From a virus: a stretch of DNA of 38,605 nucleotides. Shown here piece by piece: positions 1-5,876 of this stretch (positions within the stretch are counted from its first letter, which is position 1; each line of letters begins with the position of its first letter). The notes under the pieces were generated by a model. That model was not told the origin of the DNA, did not search any database, and was given only the letters and a program-made list of their open reading frames with translations. The position numbers and the translations under genes are program-made. The stretch lies in the IMG/VR virus record IMGVR_UViG_3300024303_000159; one strand, given 5' to 3'.

Positions 1-127
1 TCCTTTCTTATATTCCCGGAAGAATCAGATCAGGCCTTTTCCGGTCCTGAACCTGCTTCCAAAACTTTCTTTCTGAAGATTCCAAAAACTTAATATCTTC
101 TTCAACCTCTGTTCTTTCGATCTTGTA
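1..127. repeat. Terminal direct repeat, copy A (identical to 38479..38605)
   Basis: Read by eye: bases 1-127 (tcctttcttatattcccggaag...ttctttcgatcttgta) recur exactly at 38479-38605. The unique length is therefore 38,478 bp. Confidence 0.95.
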
Positions 128-661
128 GTGCTTTGTTTGCAAATAGATTTCACCATTGAATTCCGATTTCAGCTGTGCCTTCAGGATCGCAAAATCAAAT
201 TCCGTCACCATGAAATAATGCAGCAGCTGTATGTAGTAGTTATCCGGGATCCTGTGATTCCACTTTTCCTTCTGCATGGATTGCAGGATGTTGGTTGTTT
301 TGATTTCAAGGATTCCTTTTCTGCCTGTTGCCTTTTCCGTCAATTCACCATCAAGTGAAGCAGCAGCAAATGGAAAGTCATCATTCAGGATCATGTTGTC
401 ACCGAAATATTCCACTTCATATTCCGGGAAGTCCAATGCAAACAGTTCACGCAACAATGGTTCCGCAGCAACACCATATTTCACAACCTCTTTATCTGAA
501 ATATCCGGTGCAGATGCCTGTCCGGTCTTTTCTAACCACAATTCAATATTGCTTTTCCAAGGATTCATCCCCAAAATGCAGGCCGCATCCGAACCACCAA
601 TTCTTGTTCTGTGCTTCAACCATTCTTCCTTGCTGTCGAATGTCATTCTGTGAATTGCCAT
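8..661 (-). CDS. YqaJ-like viral exonuclease (lambda Exo-type, partner of RecT)
   Basis: Has 'EEWLKHRTRIGGSDAACILGMNPWKSNIELWLEKTG', the typical YqaJ N-terminal motif. It lies in a module with RecT. I prefer the ATG at 661 (MAIHRM...) because GGGGG sits 6 nt upstream. An ATG at 646 forming an ATGA overlap with the upstream stop is the alternative. The track ORF extends to 700. Confidence 0.85.
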   Translation of the reverse strand: MAIHRMTFDSKEEWLKHRTRIGGSDAACILGMNPWKSNIELWLEKTGQASAPDISDKEVVKYGVAAEPLLRELFALDFPEYEVEYFGDNMILNDDFPFAAASLDGELTEKATGRKGILEIKTTNILQSMQKEKWNHRIPDNYYIQLLHYFMVTEFDFAILKAQLKSEFNGEIYLQTKHYKIERTEVEEDIKFLESSERKFWKQVQDRKRPDLILPGI

Positions 662-1134
662 ACATAACCCCCTGCACTCTTGATTTTTCCAAGGCAACAC
701 AGTGAAATGTTTTGCTGTGCAGCACCTGTCTTTCTTGCTGCATCACATTGTGATGTGAAGTATTGAACATTTCCATGCATGTCAATTGACTTAACAGGCC
801 TTGGAACATTCCTTGTCGAAAATCCATTGATATATGCATGTTCAACATTTTCTAACTGCGTACACCATTCAAGATTTTCAACAGTGTTGTTTTCCTTGTT
901 TCCGTCTTTGTGATTCACTATCGGAAAGCAGTCAGGATTCGGAATGAAAGCTTCAGCCACAAGCCTGTGAACCCTGAATGACTTTGCTTTTCCGTCTTTA
1001 CTCAAATGAAGTCTTGGATATCCTTTGCCATCATCTACCGAAGAAATGATTTTTCTTTTACTTTTCACCCTTCCAAGATTGCTGACCTCATACAATCCTT
1101 CATATCCGGAAACATCCTTCCACATTTCTACCAT
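643..1134 (-). CDS. Free-standing HNH homing endonuclease (NUMOD4-type N-terminus + HNH_3 core)
   Basis: 'WKDVSGYEGLYEVSNLGRVKS' is NUMOD4-like. 'HRLVAEAFIPNP...VNHKDGNKENNTVENLEW' is the HNH_3 core. The C-terminal 'QCDAARKTGAAQQNISLCCLGK' looks like a DNA-binding helix-turn-helix (HTH). Confidence 0.85.
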   Translation of the reverse strand: MVEMWKDVSGYEGLYEVSNLGRVKSKRKIISSVDDGKGYPRLHLSKDGKAKSFRVHRLVAEAFIPNPDCFPIVNHKDGNKENNTVENLEWCTQLENVEHAYINGFSTRNVPRPVKSIDMHGNVQYFTSQCDAARKTGAAQQNISLCCLGKIKSAGGYVWQFTE

Positions 1135-1325
1135 TCCGGATTCACTTCCCTTCGATACGAAGAAAGACAGTCATCACAGATCCATTCATCATTGATATAC
1201 ACTGCATCTTCGGTTTGGATCGGTTGATCACATTCGCAGCACCTTGGAAGCTTGTCCAACCATGATTCCTGCTCTGCATCGTGCTGAACAAAACAATCAT
1301 AGTTGTCAGGAATTGTGTTGCTCAT
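1128..1325 (-). CDS. Small Cys-rich (zinc-ribbon-like) early protein
   Basis: Four-Cys pattern 'PRCCECDQPI...WICDDC'. I prefer the ATG at 1325 (MSNTIP...) because of the upstream GGAAGGGG. The track ORF runs to 1346. Confidence 0.55.
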   Translation of the reverse strand: MSNTIPDNYDCFVQHDAEQESWLDKLPRCCECDQPIQTEDAVYINDEWICDDCLSSYRREVNPEW

Positions 1326-1479
1326 AGTGTTCCAACCCCTTCCCACCGATCAGCAAAAGGACCGCACCGACAACTGCCATCGCAATCGGAACCGTCAATG
1401 ATTCACTGTCCATCCCGGCCGCACCGATCATCAATGAAATAAGGCCAACTGCTGAAACAATCCAAAATAATTTCTTCAT
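1306..1479 (-). CDS. Small two-helix membrane protein (57 aa), not in the ORF track
   Basis: Hand translation: MKKLFWIVSAVGLISLMIGAAGMDSESLTVPIAMAVVGAVLLLIGGKGLEHYEQHNS. AGGAG lies 7 nt upstream of the ATG. The ATG forms an ATGA overlap with the upstream micro-ORF. Confidence 0.5.
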   Translation of the reverse strand: MKKLFWIVSAVGLISLMIGAAGMDSESLTVPIAMAVVGAVLLLIGGKGLEHYEQHNS

Positions 1480-1592
1480 GCGTTTTTCTCCTTTCTTCTA
1501 ACAATCCCGGCAACCTTTCCATCATTCACGACAACTTCCCAACCTTCCAAATAAGCTTTTACCGCTTCTTCAAGTGTCATTGCCATCTTCAT
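1476..1592 (-). CDS. Micro-ORF (38 aa), hypothetical early protein
   Basis: Hand translation: MKMAMTLEEAVKAYLEGWEVVVNDGKVAGIVRRKEKNA. AAAGGAG lies 4 nt upstream. ATGA overlaps at both ends indicate translational coupling. Confidence 0.45.
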   Translation of the reverse strand: MKMAMTLEEAVKAYLEGWEVVVNDGKVAGIVRRKEKNA

Positions 1593-1747
1593 CTGCTCCT
1601 TTCAACTTGTTTCATGAACCGTTCTGCTGCTTTCTTCAGATGTTCATTCCGTTCTGCTTTTTCTTCTTCCGTAAGATCAGGAAAATGAACGATATTCACA
1701 CCATCCTTAAATTCCTGCACTTCTGTTTTTGAATATCCCACTTTCAT
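1589..1747 (-). CDS. Micro-ORF (52 aa), hypothetical early protein
   Basis: Hand translation: MKVGYSKTEVQEFKDGVNIVHFPDLTEEEKAERNEHLKKAAERFMKQVERSR. An RBS GGGAAGGTG lies just upstream. There is an ATGA overlap with the next ORF. Confidence 0.5.
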   Translation of the reverse strand: MKVGYSKTEVQEFKDGVNIVHFPDLTEEEKAERNEHLKKAAERFMKQVERSR

Positions 1748-1803
1748 CACCTTCCCTTTCTCAGAAGATATTCATGCCCTGTTTGTCCGTATTCCTTTAT
1801 TAA

Positions 1804-1833
1804 AGTTTACATTTCGTGAACTTTCTGTGTAAA
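1804..1833 (-). promoter_or_regulatory. Candidate second early promoter with an operator in its spacer
   Basis: Minus strand reads TTTACA (1833..1828), 18 nt, TAAACT (1809..1804). The spacer contains the operator-like GTTCAC-gaaat-GTAAAC. Confidence 0.35.
1805..1821. promoter_or_regulatory. Operator-like 17-bp dyad (remote copy, at the 3' end of the cro-like gene)
   Basis: GTTTAC-atttc-GTGAAC. It shares the exact 9-mer TTCGTGAAC with the dyads at 2052 and 2135. Confidence 0.55.
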
Positions 1834-2031
1834 AAAATACAAGTGATATTCGCAAGGCTGAATGTCCAAGAATTCAGGTGCCGACATTTTCTCTATATCC
1901 TGAACAGAAATTGCAACCTTCCCATTCAATTTCAGTGACATAGTTTGTCTTGTTACACCATAAGCATCTGCAAAAGCATTCACCGATCCGAACTTCTCAA
2001 TGATTCTTCCACGCAATTTGCTATAATCCAA
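1807..2031 (-). CDS. Cro-like HTH regulator (DUF739-type)
   Basis: 'DYSKLRGRIIEKFGSVNAFADAYGVTRQTMSLKLNGKVAISVQDIEKM...EYHLYFF' matches my memory of the DUF739 phage HTH family. TTG start at 2031 with AAAGGGGGAAG upstream. It is divergent from the cI-like gene. Confidence 0.75.
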   Translation of the reverse strand: MDYSKLRGRIIEKFGSVNAFADAYGVTRQTMSLKLNGKVAISVQDIEKMSAPEFLDIQPCEYHLYFFTQKVHEM

Positions 2032-2051
2032 TTTCGCTTCCCCCTTTCTAA

Positions 2052-2068
2052 GTTCACCTTTCGTGAAC
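2052..2068. promoter_or_regulatory. Operator, perfect dyad GTTCAC-N5-GTGAAC
   Basis: GTTCACctttcGTGAAC, read directly. It lies in the leader of the lytic transcript, 21 nt upstream of the cro-like start. Confidence 0.7.
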
Positions 2069-2104
2069 TATTATTGTAAAAAAATATGTACCACTACAAT
2101 TTGT

Positions 2105-2121
2105 GTTCGCACTATGCGAAT
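2105..2121. promoter_or_regulatory. Operator variant GTTCGC-N5-GCGAAT
   Basis: GTTCGCactatGCGAAT has the same 6-5-6 architecture as the neighbouring dyads. Confidence 0.55.
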
Positions 2122-2134
2122 ATACAACATCATG

Positions 2135-2151
2135 GTTCGCACTTCGTGAAC
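2135..2151. promoter_or_regulatory. Operator GTTCGC-N5-GTGAAC abutting the lytic promoter
   Basis: GTTCGCacttcGTGAAC. It begins 9 nt downstream of the -10 hexamer (2165..2160), so it covers the predicted transcription start. Confidence 0.65.
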
Positions 2152-2159
2152 ACAATGTT

Positions 2160-2188
2160 ATATTAACATAGCTTTTTACATCCGTCAA
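2160..2188 (-). promoter_or_regulatory. Early lytic promoter (PR-like)
   Basis: Minus strand reads TTGACG (2188..2183), exactly 17 nt, TAATAT (2165..2160). It reads toward the cro-like gene. Confidence 0.7.
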
Positions 2189-2218
2189 TATATTTTTTTA
2201 CATTTTGCAAACTTTTTC

Positions 2219-2247
2219 TTTAATTTGTTCGCAATGTGTGTTATAAT
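2219..2247 (+). promoter_or_regulatory. Repressor-maintenance promoter (extended -10)
   Basis: TGtTATAAT at 2239..2247 is an extended -10. The -35 (TTTAAT) is poor. A weak half-operator GTTCGCaatgtGTGTTA (2227..2243) overlaps it. The cI-like ATG is 30 nt downstream, preceded by AGGTGA. Confidence 0.55.
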
Positions 2248-2276
2248 GAGTTTACATTCAAAAGTGAGGTGATTTT

Positions 2277-2651
2277 ATGGATGCCAAAGATGAATTAAAA
2301 GATAGACTGAAAACCGCATTAGATATTAGAGAAAAGAAGCTTGTTGATCTTGCAAATGCATTGAATATCCCTAAATCTTCTATGAGTATGTATCTTTCCG
2401 GTGCAAGAATCATAAAAGATTCTAAAAGACTATATGCTATTGCAAAATATTTGGATGTGTCAGAAGCTTGGTTGATGGGATATGATGTTCCAATGGAAAG
2501 ACCTGTTGAACAAAAGGAAAATGATGAATTGGGTGAAGTTGTCGAAAGGTTGAGAAAAGACAAAGGATTCAGAAGCCTTGTTGTCAAACTCAGCAAACTG
2601 AATCCTTCAAAATTGGAAAGTATCATGAATCTGTTGGATGTTCCTGATTGA
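2277..2651 (+). CDS. cI-like XRE-family HTH repressor (no S24 peptidase domain visible)
   Basis: 'LKTALDIREKKLVDLANALNIPKSSMSMYLSGARIIKDSKRLYAIAKYLDVSEAWLMGYD' is a classic XRE HTH. It is divergent from the cro-like gene across an operator-rich intergenic region. Confidence 0.85.
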   Translation: MDAKDELKDRLKTALDIREKKLVDLANALNIPKSSMSMYLSGARIIKDSKRLYAIAKYLDVSEAWLMGYDVPMERPVEQKENDELGEVVERLRKDKGFRSLVVKLSKLNPSKLESIMNLLDVPD

Positions 2652-2760
2652 TTTCAGAATTCATCAGTATTCCGTATATTAACAATAATATTTTTTCATC
2701 ATCGGTGGTTGTAACAGTTTCAAGTATTGTTTTTCTTATGTATTCAATATATTGTTTCAT
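2623..2760 (-). CDS. Candidate 45-aa ORF convergent with, and overlapping, the repressor 3' end
   Basis: Hand translation: MKQYIEYIRKTILETVTTTDDEKILLLIYGILMNSEINQEHPTDS. GGAAAGGATGGTG lies upstream of the ATG at 2760. Its composition is more protein-like than the plus-strand track ORF 2648..2833. It overlaps the cI-like gene by 29 nt. Confidence 0.35.
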   Translation of the reverse strand: MKQYIEYIRKTILETVTTTDDEKILLLIYGILMNSEINQEHPTDS

Positions 2761-2776
2761 GTTGCACCATCCTTTC

Positions 2777-2794
2777 CAAGAACATCCGTTCTTG
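2777..2794. promoter_or_regulatory. Perfect 7-bp-arm palindrome CAAGAAC-atcc-GTTCTTG
   Basis: Read directly. It lies between the candidate antisense promoter (2827..2855) and the 45-aa ORF. Confidence 0.4.
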
Positions 2795-2826
2795 TTTCAA
2801 AAATACATCATTGTTGTGATGAAATC

Positions 2827-2855
2827 ATCATAAAATCTTGAACATTTTTTTACAA
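2827..2855 (-). promoter_or_regulatory. Candidate promoter firing antisense toward the repressor gene
   Basis: Minus strand reads TTGTAA (2855..2850), 17 nt, TATGAT (2832..2827). The region is AT-rich, so a chance match is possible. Confidence 0.4.
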
Positions 2856-2908
2856 TATTTTTTATACAAAAAAAATCAAGAACAATCGACAAAAAAGGGG
2901 AAAATATT

Positions 2909-4501
2909 ATGTTATACGATATTAAACAAATCAAAATTGAAGATTTAATCATCTATTTAAGAAAATCACGTTCGGACGATCCTTCCATGACTGTTGAAGA
3001 TGTCCTTGCGAAACATGAAGAAGATTTGCAGGAATACTGTGAAAGAGAATTTGGCCAAAAGATGCCTGAAAGTCAAATCTTCAGGGAAGTTGTGTCGGGA
3101 GAAACCATTGATGACAGACCTGTCATGACAAGTATTATGAAAATGCTTGAAACCGGGAAAATCGCAGGTGTACTTGTCAAGGAACCTTCCCGATTATCAA
3201 GGGGAGATCTGCAAGACTGCGGAAGGATCATCAACACATTCAGATATACAAATACTTTGGTAATAACACCGGACACTACTTTCAATCTAACCAATGAACG
3301 TGACCGCAAATTTTTAGAAATGCAATTGACAAAAGGCAATGATTATCTTGAATACAACAAACAGATCTTGAACAGTGGCAGAATTCGATCTGTGAAGCGT
3401 GGGAATTTTATTGGTTCTGTTGCTCCGTATGGATATAAGAAAGTGAAGATCGGTTCAGGGAAAGATTCTTGCTACACTCTTGAAATCATTCCTGAAGAAG
3501 CTGACAACCTACGTTTGATGTATCACCTATTTATCAATGAAGGATATGGATTCATGAGGATTGCAAAACATCTTGACAATATCGGTGTAAAACCAAGGAA
3601 GTCAGAAACATGGTCACCTGCTGCAATCAAAGATATGCTTGAAAATCCTGTTTATATTGGAAAAATCAGATGGAATTGGAGAAAGACCGAAAAAACAATT
3701 GTTGACGGAAAAATTGTAAAGGTAAGGCCGAAAACAAAGGATGAAACGCAATGGATCTTTGTTGATGGAAAGCATGATCCAATCATTGATGATGCAACCT
3801 TCCAAGCAGCACTTGACAAAAGAGGGAAAAACGTAAGAGTCACAAAAGGAAAGGAATTGAAAAATCCGTTTGCAGGCCTTCTGTTTTGTGGTACATGTGG
3901 ATCAGCTATGTCATATAAAAAGTTTAAGCAATATCGTGGAAATTACGAAAACAACTGTGAAAATATGTTGTGCAACAGACAGTCATGGTGCAAAACAAAA
4001 TCTGTGAAATACGATGCATTTTTAGACCGTGTGATTGCTACACTCGAAAGAACAATTGCCGATTTTGAAATGAAGCTTCAGAATGATGATGGTGATGCTG
4101 CTGAACTGCACAAAAACATCATCAAGAATCTTGAAATGGACCTGAAGAAATTGAAGGACAAAGACATCAGACAAAAGGATGCGTATGAGGATGGAATCTA
4201 TACAAAGGAAGAATATGCTTCACGAAACGCAAAGCTTCAGGAACAGATTTCCGAAACAATGGAAGCACTGTGTCAAGCCAAAGATTCTGTACCACCTTCT
4301 ATTGACTACACAGAAAAGATTGTCAGATTCACAGATTGCTTGACTGCTCTGAAGGATCCGGAAGTTCCTGCAATTGAAAAAAACATGCTCCTGAAGGCAT
4401 GTATTGAAAAGATAGTATATCACAACAAAATGGAATCAAAGCCGGGAATCGGAAGATATGTGGAAAATGTGTTCAATCTTGATATTTTTTTGCGCCTTTA
4501 A
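2909..4501 (+). CDS. int: Large serine recombinase (integrase)
   Basis: N-terminal resolvase-type catalytic motif 'IIYLRKSRSDD'. Recombinase domain 'YGYKK...LEIIPEEA'. Zinc ribbon 'CGTCGSAM...C...C'. Long C-terminal coiled coil. 530 aa. RBS AAAAGGGGAAAA. Confidence 0.9.
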   Translation: MLYDIKQIKIEDLIIYLRKSRSDDPSMTVEDVLAKHEEDLQEYCEREFGQKMPESQIFREVVSGETIDDRPVMTSIMKMLETGKIAGVLVKEPSRLSRGDLQDCGRIINTFRYTNTLVITPDTTFNLTNERDRKFLEMQLTKGNDYLEYNKQILNSGRIRSVKRGNFIGSVAPYGYKKVKIGSGKDSCYTLEIIPEEADNLRLMYHLFINEGYGFMRIAKHLDNIGVKPRKSETWSPAAIKDMLENPVYIGKIRWNWRKTEKTIVDGKIVKVRPKTKDETQWIFVDGKHDPIIDDATFQAALDKRGKNVRVTKGKELKNPFAGLLFCGTCGSAMSYKKFKQYRGNYENNCENMLCNRQSWCKTKSVKYDAFLDRVIATLERTIADFEMKLQNDDGDAAELHKNIIKNLEMDLKKLKDKDIRQKDAYEDGIYTKEEYASRNAKLQEQISETMEALCQAKDSVPPSIDYTEKIVRFTDCLTALKDPEVPAIEKNMLLKACIEKIVYHNKMESKPGIGRYVENVFNLDIFLRL

Positions 4502-4519
4502 TATCCAACATAAAGGCGC
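4492..4519. repeat. Perfect 9-bp stem palindrome over the int stop codon
   Basis: GCGCCTTTA-atatccaaca-TAAAGGCGC. The T-run precedes the stem rather than following it, so it is not a canonical intrinsic terminator in either direction. Confidence 0.6.
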
Positions 4520-4544
4520 AAGTTCATAGGCGCATTGATGTTGG
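4505..4544. other. Candidate attP core (40-bp imperfect dyad)
   Basis: The arms CCAACATAAAGGCGC and GCGCATTGATGTTGG match 13/15 as inverted repeats around a 10-bp centre, aagttcatag. The symmetry axis falls between 4524 and 4525. It lies immediately 3' of the serine integrase gene. Confidence 0.45.
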
Positions 4545-4582
4545 AAATCACAAAAACATTGATATAAAGGGGATTTCTAATC

Positions 4583-4759
4583 ATGACGAAAATCGAAAAA
4601 CTAAACAAGCTGCTATTATCAGGAATTATCACAAAAGAAGAATATGATGAACAAATTGAAAAGTATCTGAACCACTTCTTCTATCTATTTGAAATCGGAC
4701 TGATTGATTATGAGGAATTCAAAGAAAAATATGATCACATCAAAGGATCCGAAAAATGA
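4583..4759 (+). CDS. Small SHOCT-like protein (58 aa), not in the ORF track
   Basis: Hand translation: MTKIEKLNKLLLSGIITKEEYDEQIEKYLNHFFYLFEIGLIDYEEFKEKYDHIKGSEK. It contains two 'G(I/L)I..EEY/F' SHOCT-type motifs. RBS AAGGGG. Confidence 0.5.
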   Translation: MTKIEKLNKLLLSGIITKEEYDEQIEKYLNHFFYLFEIGLIDYEEFKEKYDHIKGSEK

Positions 4760-4857
4760 TGAAAAGAAAGCTTTCAATCATTGCAGCCTATATTGATTTC
4801 TATATCATAGGAATAATTGATCGGGAAGAATACGAAACAAGAAGATTCAGCAAATAA
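4756..4857 (+). CDS. Micro-ORF (33 aa) with hydrophobic N-terminus and a SHOCT-like tail
   Basis: Hand translation: MMKRKLSIIAAYIDFYIIGIIDREEYETRRFSK. There is an ATGA overlap with the preceding ORF. Confidence 0.35.
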   Translation: MMKRKLSIIAAYIDFYIIGIIDREEYETRRFSK

Positions 4858-4864
4858 ACACAAT

Positions 4865-4888
4865 AAAGGGTGGATTGCTCCACCCTTT
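4865..4888. terminator. Bidirectional intrinsic terminator
   Basis: AAAGGGTGG-attgct-CCACCCTTT followed by TTG. It sits between convergent genes ending at 4857 (+) and 4891 (-). Confidence 0.7.
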
Positions 4889-4890
4889 TG

Positions 4891-5571
4891 CTATTTGATA
4901 TACAGTGAATAGCTTCTTCCGTTTTTAGTCCGGGAAACCTTGCCTTCCTGATTCCAATGGTAAAGCAATTCCGAAACATCGTTCTTTACGGAAGGATCAA
5001 ACAGTTTTACAAAGTCAGATTGCAGGATCCCTTGATTTTGCCGCAGTGCTTCTTCCACTCTTTCTTCTAGTCCTGCAAGTTCCCTTTCGTGCTTCTTGTA
5101 TGCCGCTTCTATCTCCGCAAAATTTGATTGCAGATCGTTCAGTTCCGCAGTCCGTTCTTCGATATACTCCGGACTTGCAATAACACTTTTAAACCAATAC
5201 GCATGACATTCACTCATTGAATTGCATATCTTCTGCACATCGTTCAGATATGAAACAAGGGATTCTAGTGTTTCAAGCCTTCTTCTTGGTTTCTCATTTT
5301 TGTTCGCAATCCATTCATTCAAAAAATAGGTGTATTCAGCTTTGATCTGCTCTGTGAATTCCTTGTTTAAGGTAAGCCATCCCCAAGGCAGTTCACCTTC
5401 TTTTGTCAGGTGGTTTTGATCTTCATCCGGTTTATTGATTTCCTGCATGACTTTCAGCACATTTTCATCTGTTGGATCATCAAGATTTGTCCTAATATAA
5501 TCAATCAATCCTTTTCCACTCATGACATCAAAATCAGCAGCCTTCTTTTCCTTCTTTTTGAAAAATCCCAA
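4891..5571 (-). CDS. Orphan 226-aa protein (coiled-coil middle, winged-helix-like C-terminus)
   Basis: Clean ORF. I prefer the TTG at 5571 (MGFFKKKEKK...) because AAAGGGGTGA ends about 6 nt upstream. The GTG at 5580 has no spacing to that RBS. I recognise no family motif. The C-terminus 'ILQSDFVKLFDPSVKNDVSELLYHWNQEGKVSRTKNGRSYSLY' looks winged-helix-like. Confidence 0.7.
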   Translation of the reverse strand: MGFFKKKEKKAADFDVMSGKGLIDYIRTNLDDPTDENVLKVMQEINKPDEDQNHLTKEGELPWGWLTLNKEFTEQIKAEYTYFLNEWIANKNEKPRRRLETLESLVSYLNDVQKICNSMSECHAYWFKSVIASPEYIEERTAELNDLQSNFAEIEAAYKKHERELAGLEERVEEALRQNQGILQSDFVKLFDPSVKNDVSELLYHWNQEGKVSRTKNGRSYSLYIK

Positions 5572-5643
5572 TACAATCACCCCTTTGCAAAATTTGGTAG
5601 TTTTATTATATTACTATAATTCCCGGAAGGATAGTCTGAACAT

Positions 5644-5820
5644 TTATTCGGAATCCTTCTCTATGCAGTCTACAATGTATTGATTCAATGATTTCCCTGC
5701 TGCTTCTGCCATTTGCTTGTATTCTTCTTTTTTGCCCTTTGGCACTCTGATTCGTATTTCATCCAATTTTGCAAGATATGTTTCATTTGCTTTCTTCCGC
5801 TGTTCGTAGTGTTTTGTCAT
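5644..5820 (-). CDS. Ribbon-helix-helix (Arc/CopG-like) DNA-binding protein, 58 aa, not in the ORF track
   Basis: Hand translation: MTKHYEQRKKANETYLAKLDEIRIRVPKGKKEEYKQMAEAAGKSLNQYIVDCIEKDSE. The beta strand 'IRIRVPKG' followed by two helices is the RHH pattern. AAGGAG lies 8 nt upstream. Confidence 0.65.
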   Translation of the reverse strand: MTKHYEQRKKANETYLAKLDEIRIRVPKGKKEEYKQMAEAAGKSLNQYIVDCIEKDSE

Positions 5821-5847
5821 GGCAATTTCTCCTTTGGCTTTTTTATC

Positions 5848-5876
5848 AGTATATCACGAATCATTTCACATGGGAA
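5848..5876 (-). promoter_or_regulatory. Candidate promoter of the RHH operon
   Basis: Minus strand reads TTCCCA (5876..5871), 17 nt, TATACT (5853..5848). The -35 lies at the centre of palindrome copy 1. Confidence 0.4.

Noticed and set aside
2258-2626. 122-aa minus-strand ORF over the repressor gene
   Set aside because: It is antisense to the clear XRE HTH gene. It has Ser/Leu/Phe-rich shadow composition and no RBS.
2648-2833. 61-aa plus-strand track ORF between the repressor and integrase genes
   Set aside because: It has a TTG start without an RBS and an Ile/Phe/Ser/Val-rich composition typical of out-of-frame AT-rich DNA. The opposite-strand 45-aa ORF is more plausible but is itself only tentative.
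4492-4519. The hairpin over the int stop codon as a rho-independent terminator
   Set aside because: The T-run precedes the stem on the plus strand, and an A-run follows it on the minus strand, so it fits no terminator orientation. I interpret it as part of the recombination-site architecture.
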